Assembly: GCA_001643675.2 (NCBI GenBank)
Contig: LSRY02000061.1
Coordinates: 400,227 to 464,226, forward strand
Length of the DNA: 64,000 nt
Direction: 5' to 3'
DNA from: Monocercomonoides exilis PA203
Taxonomy: Eukaryota; Protista; Preaxostyla
The position numbers and the translations under genes were made by a program. Of this stretch, positions 25,749 through 39,449 are shown piece after piece. The notes beneath the pieces were generated by a model. It was given only the letters and a program-made list of their open reading frames with translations. It made no database searches and was not told where the DNA came from. Numbering within the stretch: position 1 is the first letter of the stretch; every line of letters starts with the position of its first letter.

Positions 25749-25817
25749 CGTCTTCAACCTCTCCAACCTCTTCAACCTCTCCAACCTCTTCAACCTCTTC
25801 AACCTCTTCAACCTCTT
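25749..25817. repeat. 9-bp tandem repeat (CTTCAACCT / CTCCAACCT), about 7 copies
   Basis: Direct inspection. Confidence 0.85.
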
Positions 25818-28299
25818 TTTTCTTTTTTTCTTTTTCACCTTCTTCAACACAGAATGAATATATATATACTCATACTCATATCCTTTCTAACTTTTATTTC
25901 ATCACATTTGGAGGACTTTTAGCAAGACGTATTTTTTTGTTGCAAAATCCTGTAAAAAGTGCCTATCCTTCTCGACAAATGACGAGCCTTTGAAGTGCTT
26001 AAATGTTTCTTTGATGAACATGAACTTATGCTCAAAGGAGAAGTGAAACAGACTCAATATCATCACATTCAACAGAATCGTCTTTTCTGTATTTAGATTG
26101 CAAAAGTCTGCAACAGCTGATAAGGAATGGACTTCTATATCACAGCAGCAAATAGTACAATAAATGAATGAATCAGCATGAATTGAACAAATAATACAAT
26201 GTGATACAGAAATGTTGCCTTTGTAGAAAAATTTTGTGACTTCGTGGCTGAATACATTCAACAGGATTGACTTTTGTGTACAAAGAAGATAACAGAGGAA
26301 ACTTTATTATTTTTTGTTTGTGAAGAGGCGAAAGCTAAAGAAGAGAAAGAAAAAAGGAATGAAGAAGAAAGAATCTTTTAAAAAGAGAGCAGAAGACGGA
26401 GAATGGAATTATGAAGAGCGACGAGCTACTCACGAAAAATGCAGCGATTGAATGGTATCTGAAAGTCCTTACAAGCATCAACGGAATAACTTTCAACAAC
26501 AAATTCTTTGAGACCATTTTCTGCTTGACTAGCTGCAAAGCTGATGAGGTTTGATTCGTATTTCTTTCATTCTCTTTAACACTTAAATTCATTCATTCAT
26601 TCATTATATTTTCCTTTCATTATCTTAAAATGCATATGTGATATGAATTATATTTTTACAAAATTAAAATTTATAATATTTTCAAAATTTTGATTCTATG
26701 AACACAAAGTGACTCCATTCTAGTTCTTCGAGCTACAACCTTCAGCTTCTTTGCACTTTTCAAATGACAGCGACAAATATATCCAGCGTCTCCTTCTGCA
26801 ATCATCTTTTTTCAACGTCTTCACAACCAATCTGGTCTTCTCTTCGTCCTGTCTGAGCCACGAGGCAGCGATTTTTGTATCCAACATTGATGAAGAGACA
26901 GATTCACGGGAATGCACCCTCCTTTGGCCGAGGTGTGAGTGTATTCTCTCTGTCAGATTTTATTGACAGATGCATAGTGCGCTGTATCATGCGATGAGTG
27001 CTCTATGAAATGTGAGGATGTTTATCAGGGCAGCAGAGAGGCAATGGAGGATGCTTATTGAGGTTGTGCGAGTTGAGGTGATTGTACAGACACTGAAAAT
27101 CGAATGACATTAGAAAGTTGTATGAGAGGCGATGCTTCAGATATGAATGCTTCTTGGGGAGTACTAAAAGAAGAATAATGAGGAGAAAGAGAAAGAGGAA
27201 GAAGAAAGAAAAGAAAGAGATGAATTGAAGTTGTTTATCGTTTCGAGAAAGTAAACAAACAAAATTGATGATCAGCTTTCAGAAAATGTCCGAATTACAA
27301 GTTTGGTTGAGCTTTCACTGGAGAAAATTGAAAATGTGAAGAAGGGATGTGTTTTTCTGCTTAAAAAGTACTTTCCAGAAGCAGTTGAACAAGATGAGAT
27401 GGAAGAAGAAGAAGAAAAAAAGAGAAGAAGAGGATGAAAAAGATGCAGGTTATACCGATAGTTGCAACATAAACACAACAATTATTCCATTCAATGGAAA
27501 GCTGCAAACAGAGAAGCCGATGGGAATGATGGGGAAGAGATAAAAGACTACAAGATCTTTTAATTTTTTGAGCTGATAGAAACATATTCTTCTATTCTAT
27601 CGTCAAATGTGTCGATTTATCAGACTTTGGATTCATTTCATCTCGACTCTTTCGGAGTCTTCGCTTCGAACAAAAGAAAATGCAAGTCCTTCTCTTTCTT
27701 CAACAACTGCTCTTCTTTAGCTTCTGCTTCTGTTTCTCCTCATTCACCGTCTTCTCCTTCTTATTAAATTCTCCAACACTCATTTCACTCAATTCACCAA
27801 TCCTTCAACAAAATCCAGTTCTCTTACACAATTAACCCAAATTTCATCTAGCACCCATCAAATTACAGGATAACAATCAAACGCATTATTCTTTTTTTTC
27901 ATCCAGTTTGGGAACATCGCCAAGCCTTCAACATACATTTTTCGAATTGCTCTTCTACATCCGCACAGCCTCCAATATCTTTCATATCGATGCCTCATGT
28001 TTCCAACCTGCGAGAGCCCTTTATCTTTGGCTCTTCAATCAATCTGAACAAAAAGCTCATTCTTCCCTTTCCCTGCTTCCCATTTCCTGTGTTTATTCTT
28101 CCTCAGCTATCACTTGAACACATTCTTTTTGCTATTAGCATTGTTTGTGATTGCTGTTTTAAGTTTTGAACTGACAATTGGCCAAATGCAGATGAATAAT
28201 TTTTGAAACAGAAGCGTTTCTCAAATTTCTTCTTGTTTCAGGAGCCGTTCAACCATCGTCTATTCACTCTGTTTCCTCATCTTCTTCAACTGGAGCAGC

Positions 28300-30010
28300 T
28301 CGCTGGTCTGCTTTACCATTCTGTAGCAGGAGAACCGAAGAGAAGAAAGTAACAGGAGATGATCAGCCATCATTATCAGCGCATGTGATTGACCCTTCGG
28401 ATGCCTCGGCGGTGGCAGCATCATACACATCAGCAGGAGCGATGGATGACATCGAGAGGCGGCTGCGGATTGTGGTGCCAGAGGCGGCTGGGGTGTATGG
28501 GCGGCACATGCCGCTGTCGCTGTAGACGCTTCGAGGGATATGTCGTGGCGTGGAGGGCGGTGCTGTATGGGGGTGTTGTGTGTGCGTACGATGTGGCGCT
28601 TTCGGCAATGCTTTCGGTTCCGCTGGTGATGCAGCTTCCGTTACTTGCAGCGTCAGTGTGGAAAGAAAAAGAAGAGCAGGAGGGTATTTGCAGCTGCAGA
28701 TGTGAATGAGTAACTGTTAATCAACGATCTGTTTGACCAGTCGCTGCAGATATGGTGATCTCCGCAGTCGAGGCGTGTGGTGGTGAAGCTGGACGAGGAA
28801 GTGATGAGGCGAGGGGTTGCAGTGTGTGAAGTGGAGGAGATTTTGGAGAAGGGGTTGGATGCAGCGGGGCTGAGGATGGTGGATGTGGTTCTGTTACCAG
28901 CAGCGATTGAGCTGGCGGTGAAGGAGGAGCGCGAAGAGGCAGAGGAAGGTGAAGGGAATGAGGAGAAAGGCAGGCATCTGACAGCGCACAGAGAGTTTGT
29001 GGAGAGAATCAAAGAGAACCAGGGGAAGCTGGAAGAAAAGATGGCGCAGCTGGTTGTGGAGGCGTTTGGGCTGAGTGGGCTGAGGTTTGTGAATGCAGAG
29101 GCTGAGGCGGATTCAGACAAGCAGTATTCAGTGGAACCAGAAGTGTGCAGTTCCTCTCCATCCGATGGCATTTAACGTGAGAACAGGAGAGCAGAAGAAG
29201 CAGCAGATGGGTCTTTGGGTATAGCTTCAGATAGAAGTTCAGAGGGAGTGAGAAAAGATGAGGAACAGGTGGAAATGTCTGCGAATGGTTTGGGGATGAA
29301 TGAGGAGTCAGGGAGAGAGGGTGGTTCCATTGATTTGGAGAAGGAAGAGGAAGAGGAAGAGGAAGAGGAAGAAGAAGAAGAAGGACAGATTCTGGATGTG
29401 GAATCGCTGCTGAGTGTTCCTGCGCACCCGGAGTGTGTGACGCTGGTTGACGAGAGTGCGTGTGGGAGCTGGCGGGACTATCTGGTGACGATGAACGTGG
29501 AGGAGGTGCTTGTGGAGCTGTGTACAGAGGGGGAGCTGATTGTGGGGGAAGCCAGTTGTGGAAGGGATAACACAGTCGGACGGGACGATGATCATCATGT
29601 TTATTAGGGAGAGTCAAATTCAGAGAGAGAAGAGAAGAGAAGAGAAGGGGACAGGAATAAGTGTTTGGCAAAGGATTGGGTGTTGTTTCATTTTTAAATA
29701 GACAGACGGAAAGAGAGAAAGAGGATGGAGGAGTTTATTGCGATTGGGGAGGTTGTGCTGCAGGAAAGTGTTCCGTTAATTGCTCTGCGGGATGCTACGT
29801 GTGCGATCAAGCAAGTGTGCCACAGGAAAGGGATTATTGTGGTGTTTGGTGTTTTGTATTGTGTGTTTGAAGACGAGTCTGAGTCGTTGGCAGCGTCGTC
29901 AGCGTTCCGGTGGATGTCGTATCTGCTGCAGGGGGACATCGAGATCGCATCTGGAAACTACCTCCTTCCGCGCTGGCACTGCCCCTTCGCATGTGCATGC
30001 TCCGTCCTCT
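28300..30010 (+). pseudogene. decayed copy of a repeated GC-rich acidic-protein gene
   Basis: ORFs 28777-29175 and 29215-29607 are paralogous to 35511-36296, with the block GQILDVESLLSVPAHPECV nearly identical at the DNA level. Confidence 0.55.
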
Positions 30011-31319
30011 GATTCTGCGCATTCTGCCTCTGCTCGGCCTCAGGGCTCTTCGAATGCAACGCACAGCTTTCATTCACCACATCTGCTGACAACTGTTAGG
30101 CGTGCTCTTCTTCAGTCTTTATCCAATTTGTTTTGCGATTGAAATAATTTTTTCAATGATCCTTCTCCTTATTCTTATCATTCCCATGAGATAACAGGAA
30201 CAGCAAATCTCTCATATCAACGATCATTTTCTCACGAGTCGAAGAACAGGCTATTGCATCTACCAGATTAGACATCGAAGATGTGGTTGGACACAAATCC
30301 TCTCCTCGAACAAAAGCGGATTCTGTGTCTGATGTGTCTGTGGATGAAGTGGATGAAATGGATGGTGATGGTGTTCGCTTTCTTGTTTTCTCCTCTTCTT
30401 TTTCGTCAACCTTCTCCAGCATCCATTGAGGAATCTTGTCTGAATCTTTTCCCAAAATATATTCAGTTGATCCACATTCGCATAACAAATGCTCTGATGA
30501 TTCTGAATGTCCCAAGCTATTCTCATAAACTCTCTTCTTTATCCTCTCTTCATTCTTCTTCTCTGCCTCCCTCTCTGCCCTCCTCCACTGCTCTTCAGGA
30601 GACATTTCCATCGTAACCATCTAAATGCATTAGGATTCTTTTTAACAGTCATTACATATTTTCTGTTCTTTTCTATTTGAAAAATAACTTTTTTGTTTTT
30701 TAATCACAACGTAGTACTTTCTTATTGCATAATAATAACGTCATGCTTGAATATTCGCGAAGTTATTGAAATTCTTTCAGAGTGTTCTTTTTGAACAATT
30801 TAATCCTTAAAATTTTTCTTTATCAATTCCAAATAAGTGACTTGTATATTCATATGTTTCAAATCTTCAGAAGGAAAAATTATTTTTCATGAGATTTTTG
30901 CATATTAAGGAGAATTGAAAATAAAATAAAATAAAACAAAAAAGAACTGATGAAATATTCACGAACGTTAAGAAGAGATCATAAATGATTCTTTGAAAAA
31001 CTTTGTGAATAATAATCATCATCAGCATAACACATTTATTGCTTTTCTTCTGCTTTTTAACTTGTTTTTTTCCAAGAAAAAAGCTACCACTCCATTCCTG
31101 TGTATTTAATGAAATTGAAGTGAAAAGAAAAATTATCTTCATTTGCTTCAATCAATTTTTTGCTAATTGAAGCAACTGTTTTAAAGAAAAATTTGCTCTT
31201 CAAACAAAGCAACAAAATATAAAACTATCAAACTGATGTTAACGTGTGAATGTCTTATAAAACTTCAAAATAAGAAATGGAAATTGAGAAATGGAAATTT
31301 ATAGGTTCATATTATCATA

Positions 31320-33583
31320 GGTAGGGTTTTCATTTAACACCTACCCATTTTTTTTATTCTGATCCAAATTATTGAAGTGAAAATTTTAGAAAAATTCAAA
31401 AAAATTCAAAAGAAGAATGAATTCTTCGAATTATCTTTCTTTTTCCTGGTATTCTTTTCATCTCTTCGTTTTCCTCTTCGTTTGGGTCATCAAAAATTTC
31501 ATCAGAGCGTTTTCTTTTGATTTTAAAATTGAATTCAACCATATCATCTTTTTCGTTTTCTTTCTCTTGTTTAATGTCTTTAACCCTCTCCTTTTCTTCA
31601 TTTCTCCTTTAGAACCTATCCCAATCGTGGAGAAGTTCTTTTTTTGTAATTAATTTTCCAAAATAATCGAAACTGTCACAATGCGAAGGAAGATGTTATT
31701 TTGATGATTCTGGAAGTTTGCGAAGAACTGAACCGAACGTATTATGAAGGACTCCGCTTTGTTTAAAAGCTTTTTTGATGACAGAAGAAGTGAAATCGGA
31801 GTGTATTGCTTGAGGAAGCACGTCGACAAGTGCTTTTCTTGAAGCAGACAACGAAAAAGATGATGGTACATCAAATGATGAAGAAAGAGAAGTTTTGAGA
31901 GTTGCAAAAACTCCTCTATCGAGTGGTTGAGACAAATGAATATTGTGGGGAATGAATGTTACGACGTCAGTGTTATTTTCTAAGAAGGCTTTCCAAATCA
32001 AAGGATGCCCGCGTGAAGGATGAGAGTCGATGAAAAGAAGATATTTCTCTTTTTTAAGTGACATGCTCTTTCTTTTTTCAACGATGGAAGGGAAAAGAAC
32101 TGTTTCTGCATACTTCTTGAAGTTTTTCTTGTCCATCCAGCCACTTTTATTAGGCCAGATGTCCAGAGTTGGAGAGAGAAGATGTTTCAGTTCGTCCGGT
32201 TGTTTCACACTTGGCCAAAGAATTATGCATGGCAATGAATAACCGTCTGCAGCCACGGCAGCGTCAAGTGTTGCATTGTCCATTCTTTGTGCTTCTTTGC
32301 AATACCCACAGATTTGTCCAGATGAATGGATAACTTCAACACTGGCAGAAGATGGCACACGCAAAGATGATTCATCAACGTTAAATATTAATGAAAGTTT
32401 GCAGTGATTTTTTTCGTGCAAACCTTTCACTATTTGATACCAGGGCTTCATCACAGTTTAACATGACACGGCCAACCGATTAATGTATTAACTTTTTGGC
32501 TTGTTCTTCCTCAACTCAGGATGCCGCTGCAAAAACCCGTATGCCGCAGCATTTGAAACTGTAATATGTGACTCGTTTTCTTCTTTTGTGTTATTTAATA
32601 CATTTTCCATCTAAAGAAAGAATGTAATTGTTACAATAAAAAACTTGAACAAACCAATTCTCTTGTTTTTTTCATTATCAAACTGCTTTCACAAATAAAA
32701 TAAATTTAAATCACATCAAGAACTATCTCTTCCTTCTCCTTGCTGATAACCTGTGGTCTCCCTCGTTTTCCAACTTTCCTTTTTGTTCGCAAAACCCGAA
32801 CTGCGTTTTTAAGGCTGCTGCGGCTGAATTGCTTAGAATTGATGGCGTCTGTGATCCTAACGACACCATCACATTCAATGTGTGCTATTTGTTCAAGTTT
32901 GTTCCTATATTAGGGCAATTCTTTTTGAAAAGTCGCAAATGTGAAATTTTCAAATGAATCAAAATTTTCATATTTTGCTCAAATCTCTGTATTTCCTCAC
33001 GAACCTTTTCAAGAATGTTTGAAACAGCATTATCCAGAAATAGATTCCATATTAGTGAAGTTTGGTGAATGTCGACTAAAATATGAGCAAAATATGAAAA
33101 TATTGATTTATTTGAAAATTAAACATTTGTGACTTTTCAAAAAACATCACACATTTTCTGTATAGAAAAAATAACATGGCAAGTTTAAATTTTTTCTACC
33201 CTGATTATCTTTTTTCTTCAACAAGAATATTCATTTTTTATTTTAATGTTTTGATCAAATTTTCATTCTTTAAAAAAAAATTGAATTTTTTTAAAAAAAA
33301 AATAATAAATAAATAAAAATATATATTTAAAATGAACAAAAAGACTTTACATCCCTTGAAACCAATCAATTTCTCGTGGAAGCTTGATGGAAGGTTTTAA
33401 ACCCCATCTCTCCCTTCCCACCCATGAGAAATAGGCTTCATTTCAAAATACATTTAAAAATTCAACATAGATTCCAATTGTTCAAAAAATCAAGTTGAAG
33501 TTTCAAAAAGATGAACATAAAATTTTTGTTGAAAAAAAAGGTCGGAGTTAAAAAAAAGGTGGGGGCTTTGTAATAACCATACC
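31320..33583 (-). mobile_element. pogo/Fot1-like (Tc1/mariner superfamily) DNA transposon
   Basis: Ends TA|GGTAGGGTTTTCA... and ...TAATAACCATACC|TA form imperfect TIRs of about 45 bp with TA duplication and enclose a DDE_1 transposase. Confidence 0.75.
31696..32900 (-). pseudogene. pogo/Fot1-type (CENP-B HTH + DDE_1) transposase, disrupted
   Basis: IFNVDES, NKSGWMD, LLFIDSHPSR and HLSQPLDRGVF motifs give D..D35D spacing; a frameshifted upstream HTH region (GRP.., YGFLQRHPEL) is present. Confidence 0.85.
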
Positions 33584-35299
33584 TATTTTTTTTTGGAACC
33601 TATAATTTTCTGGTTTTTAAAGCTTTTGTGGACAAAGTTAGATAAACAGAAACCTTTAAAACATTTATATTTTCAATTTCCGTGAATATTTTTTACCTTT
33701 ACCATTTTTCAAAAAAGATCTTGAGATTTTTATTTTACAAATGCGATCAAAGACATGCTCGTATTTCCACGAGCTTTTGAATTTGATTATTTTTCTTTTT
33801 GATACCACTTTTAAACTTTTCTTTTTTATATTTTTGGTTATTTTAAAACAATGAGAACTCTTTTATTTCCATAGATTTCACACCTCACCATTTTTTTATA
33901 AAACTGAAATATAAACAAAGCTAAAAATATTTTCACCTTTTTCTTTTGTTCGAACAAAGTGCTTAAATGTATCATATCCTTTTAATGAAACTCTTATTCA
34001 CATATAATTGTGTTTGACGAGTTCAAGACGAAAAATTAAATTTCAACTTTATCATTTTTTGTGCCAAATGCTATTAGTTAAATATTTGGGGGAAAATATG
34101 GACTTTCAAGCTTTTCATGCACGACATGTCGAAATATTTTTTATTGCATATTTGAATGGAGTTCACAAAGTTGAACAAAACAATTCATATTTTTCGGGCA
34201 ACTTATTCTTCGTTCAAATGTTATTGAACATTTAAAAATTTTGATCATTTCCCACAAAAGATCAAAATTTTCATTTTTTCAAAATTCGACAAAAAAAATA
34301 ATAAATCCACTCTTGGAAACTTATTTAAGCTTTTGATTATCACTAAAAATGTTAAAAAAGTTTGGATATTATGAAAAAGTTTTTAAATGAATAATTAGTG
34401 GGATATGATCTCTCAAAATATTTCGCACAATTTCCTGTGCTCAAATAAGGAAGCAAAGAAATGTGAAATGAGATAAAATGAAAGTCAATTTTCATCAAAA
34501 ATATCAGAATGGGAAGAAAGCAACAATCACAACTTTCTCTGTTTCGGTGATCGATCTTTTTATTTCACTGTCATTTGATTCACGTAGAATTGGCGCCAAG
34601 CGGTAATTTCTTCATAACCTACATAACCTCTTCACATTTCAACATTTAACCTGAAAAGCCACTGTTTCATTTGCACTTTCGCTGATTAAGAAGAGCATTT
34701 TTGGTTGGTCGATCTTTCTGATCCGAATATGGATATCGCGTTTATGCTTCCGATGGATCTTCTGTCCTATGAATGTTTTTCACAAAAACAGTCTTGCAGA
34801 AAGGACATTTCATCTATCGTCTCTTCTTTTGGAATCTTCAAATTCTTCTCTTTTTCATAATCTTTCTCTTTCTCCTCCCCTTCTTCTTAACCAGAAGCAA
34901 CAAAACAATGCTTTTCGCCATTTCATTTATAATGAAAAGGAGAAAATAAAAGGAGTCGATAAAAGAGATTGAATATTCTTCACTTTATCTCACACTTCAT
35001 ACGCAAAGATTTTCAACGATGACTGCTTCATTCGCATGAGAAGGAATGATGAACATTATCAAATTCCTTTGAAGATTTCTTTGCAATATGCAGGTGACAT
35101 TTATATTCATCACAAGAAGCTAACACCAAACGCACGACGAACAATGCTGAGATAATATTTGGACGAAGCACACTCTTCTGAATATATTTTTTTATGTTAA
35201 GGAATTATGTAACGCTTTCTGAAAAATTTTAAAGCACCATTGTGAATTCAATTACCATAAAAATCTCTCTAGCGAAATACGGACTTTCAAAGAAAGCAG

Positions 35300-36265
35300 A
35301 AGTTTGTGCGTTGGAAGTGAACGCGTGACTGTTGATATACAATCTGTTTGAGTCGTGGATGTTTTCATCAGCAATAGAACGACAGGTGACCAGGCACTTA
35401 CAGTCAATGCATGTTGTTGTTAAGCTTTCCGAAGAAGTGATGAAAGAAAAGTTGTGCAATGAAGGATAAAGGAGAGTGTGGAGAAGGGGCTGGAATAGGT
35501 CTGGCTGAAGATGGAGGATGTGGTTCTGTCACCAGCAGCGATTGCGCTGGCTGTGCTGGAGGAGCGGGAAGAAGCAGAGGGAGAAGAAATGGGAGAAGAA
35601 AAGGGAGAAGAAAAGGGAGAAGAAGATGAAGGGAGAGATAGAGGTGATGGGAACGAGGAGAAAGGCAGGTATCCGACAGCGCACAGAGAGCATGCGAAAA
35701 GAATCAAAGAAAACCAGGGGAAGCTGGAAGAAGCAATGGCGTCGCTGGTTGCGGAGGCTCTTGAGCTGAGTGGGCTGAGGTTTGAGAAGGCGCGGTCAGA
35801 AGCAGAGGCAGACAAGAAGTATTCAGTGGAATCTGAAGTGTGTTGTTCTTTTTCATTCGATGGAATCCAACAGGAGATTTCAAGAGCTGAAGAAGCAGCA
35901 GATGGGTGTTTGGGCATAACTTCAGATGGAAGAGAAAAAAATGTGTGAAAAGATGATGAACAGATGAAAATGTTGAAGAATGAATTAGCGATGAATGAGA
36001 AGGAAGGCAAAGAAGGTTGTTCGATTGATTTGGAGAAGGAAGAAGAAGAGGAAGAGGGGCAGATTCTGGATGTGGAATCGCTGCTGAGTGTTCCTGCGCA
36101 CCCGGAGTGTGTGACGCTGGTTGACGAGAGTGCGTGTGGGAGCTGGCGGGACTATCTGGTGACGATGAACGTGGAGGAGGTGCTTGTGGAGCTGTGTACA
36201 GAGGGGGAGCTTATTGTGGGGGAAGCCAGTTGTGGAAGGGATAACACAGTCGGACGGGACGATGA
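35300..36265 (+). pseudogene. second copy of the 28.3-30 kb gene, interrupted by the element at 36266
   Basis: Paralogy to 28777-29607; the sequence resumes at 38130. Confidence 0.55.
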
Positions 36266-38129
36266 GGCAAGTTCCAAGTATATGGACCATCGATAAATAA
36301 TTTTTTATATATTTATAACGAAACAAAATGGAATACTAATTTATTTAAAATTAGTTTAATTTGTCGAAAAAGTGTTTTTAGCAATTTTCCTTTTTCTTTT
36401 GATCTATCCTATAACATTTTCTTGTTTTATACAGGTTTGAAATATTTGTTTATTTTACGAAATTAACACTCTTTGAACTTATGTGTTGTTGTAATATAAT
36501 TAGAATCGATCATGCTTATTATTGCTCATTCTATGGAAGCGAGTATCTGTTCTGCTTGAAAATTGCTCTATTCAGATACGTCGAGCAGCTTTGGTTAATA
36601 GCAGAGAAAGTTGGAAGAAATGCGCTTATGGCTTGAGAAAAGCAGCAGATAACAGAGCTGGGAAAGCTGAAGATTTTTTGTTAGATGCAGCAGTTGATGC
36701 AATTTTGGAAGAGATTCATAAATCAACATTGGATGAAATAATGATTTATAATGACTTGCTTAGCTTTTTGAATGTTTCAAGAAGATTGGAAGGAAAGATG
36801 GATGATGAAATAGAAGAAGAGGAAAGAAAAGTGATGAAAAGGAAAGTGTTGGAAAAGATTGAAGAAGAAGAATATGAAGATGTCATCCTTTGCTTTCAAG
36901 AAAAATATGATTATCCGAAGGAAAAATATTATTTTGACGATGAATTTTCGTTGGATATTTTCGATAATTTTGTGAATACTTGAAAATTTAAAATGAATTT
37001 CAGCTTTGAAACCCAATAATTAGAAGAATTGCTAAATAACGAACAAGTTTTTGATAGTCTCTATAATTTTGTATTGCCAATTTCAGATTTGGAAGCCCAG
37101 AAGTTTTTTATTTTATTTGTTTTATGCACATTAAATTATATTTTATTAAAGTGAAATTTTTTTCTTTTCGCAACGCACGCAGAAAAGTTAAACTGGCTTA
37201 ATTGTTTTTTTATCTGTCATTTATTCTTCAAATTTCAATTAATATTCTTCTCAATAACTGTTCATTTTACTTGATAATTTTTGATATCTCTTGAGAAAAC
37301 ACTTTCATCCACTTTTCAAGTCATAATTCTATTTTTTTTCTTTAGTGAATGAGCGTTTCAAACAAAAAAATAATAATTAGAAAATTCAAAAAGATGAAGT
37401 GAATGTTTTTGCAGATCAATAATTAATATTCAAAATGATCTGGATGATACTCAAACAAACTTAAATTTCCAATCTTAAAGTGACCAAAATAATGGCATAG
37501 CCAAATAATACAATCATTATATACATCTTCTTCCATCATATAAAACACTTTTCTTTTTCAAAACTTTTCTTTCCTCTTCTTCTATTTCATCATCCATCTT
37601 TCCTTCCAATCTTCTTGAAACATTCAAAAAGCTAAGCAAGTCATTATAAATCATTATTTCATCCAATGTTGATTTATGAATCTCTTCCAAAATTGCATCA
37701 ACTGCTGCATCTAACAAAAAATCTTCAGCTTTCCCAGCTCTGTTATCTGCTGCTTTTCTCAAGCCATAAGCGCATTTCTTCCAACTTTCTCTGCTATTAA
37801 CCAAAGCTGCTCGACGTATCTGAATAGAGCAATTTTCAAGCAGAACAGATACTCGCTTCCATAGAATGAGCAATAATAAGCATGATCGATTCTAATTATA
37901 TTACAACAACACATAAGTTCAAAGAGTGTTAATTTCGTAAAATAAACAAATATTTCAAACCTGTATAAAACAAGAAAATGTTATAGGATAGATCAAAAGA
38001 AAAAGGAAAATTGCTAAAAACACTTTTTCGACAAATTAAACTAATTTTAAATAAATTAGTATTCCATTTTGTTTCGTTATAAATATATAAAAAATTATTT
38101 ATCGATGGTCCATATACTTGGAACTTGCC
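36266..38129. mobile_element. non-autonomous foldback-type element with about 570-bp TIRs and an 8-bp TSD (Merlin- or MULE-like)
   Basis: Ends GGCAAGTTCC...GGAACTTGCC. GACGATGA is duplicated at 36258-36265 and 38130-38137, and the paralogous empty site near 29584 has a single GACGATGA. Confidence 0.9.
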
Positions 38130-39449
38130 GACGATGATCATCATGTTTATTAGGGAGAGGCTGTTTGGGAGGAGAGAGAAGAGAGAAGAGAAGGGAATGG
38201 GAATAATCGTTTAGCGTCGGATGAGACATTGCAGCATTTGGAAAACAGAACCAGGTAATAAGAGATGAAATATTATGAGGAGAAGACAGAAACAAATGTG
38301 AGAGTGAGATGAATAGATTTGTGGAAAAGCTAAGTGTGGCGACAAGGAAAATTGTGTATTTGCAGAGAGAAAGCATTAATGGATGTGACGAATGTGAATA
38401 AAGACAAGAATTTCATTAATGTTTATGCTATTTCTTATTTGAAAGAGAATAACATATGTTCAAGCAGTGCTTTTTAAAATTGCTCACATTTTTTCTTTTT
38501 TCATTCATTCATTTTTTTATATTTCTTGAAGAAAATAAATTTATCACTTCTTCATATGGGTGATTATTTTTGATATCATAAAAAATTCCGACGATTGATC
38601 AAAAAATTATTTCATTAAGGGAGGGGTTGATATGTAAGTTTTTTTGAAAAACTATTCGAAAATATTGTTTAATATTTTATTATTATCAATTAATTGTAGA
38701 TTTTAATTTGTTTTTTATACTTTTTGTTTCATATTTTTAAAAATTATAACATTTATGCAATAAATACAAAACTTCCATCAACACATCAAAACTTAAGTTT
38801 TCTTAATTTAAAATTATAATAACAATTATCATTGAAACGTTATCAATCTTAATATTAGAAATATTTGTGTTATGACGTTTCTGAAAAGAAAATTTGAAAT
38901 TTGTTTGTAAATTATAATATAATTTGCTGAAAACAACATATCTGCAAAAGCATTCGTAATATAAATGTGTTGTTGTGAATAACATTTATCAAAAAAACAA
39001 TGAGTTGTGTTTGTTTTATTAAATAAAATTAATTTCCAAATAAACTGATCAAAAAATGTTATTGAAAAATTTTGTTTTAAAAATGCAAAGGAAAAGGCAA
39101 CACAATTCAAGAAGTTCAATATCAGATAAATCTTAAATTCCTAAGCATATTTTTGACTTCCTCATGGCATCCATTCTTCTTCTCTCTCATCTTCCTCAAG
39201 CTTCTTCTTCAACGACACTTCAACCACTTTCCACTTCTAGGTTCCACCATCTGTTGTCTGACTGACAACGTCTTCCACTGCTTTTCTGCACTTGCCTTTT
39301 TAAAAAAATTATTCATCTTCCAAATTCACCAACAACTCCGTATCAATTGATGATTTATATTCTTCTAACTTATCATTTGAGCCCAAAGTTAGACAGCTTT
39401 TTGTTCATCGAACCGCTTGCTCAGCTTCAAAGACAATACAGTCAAGCTA

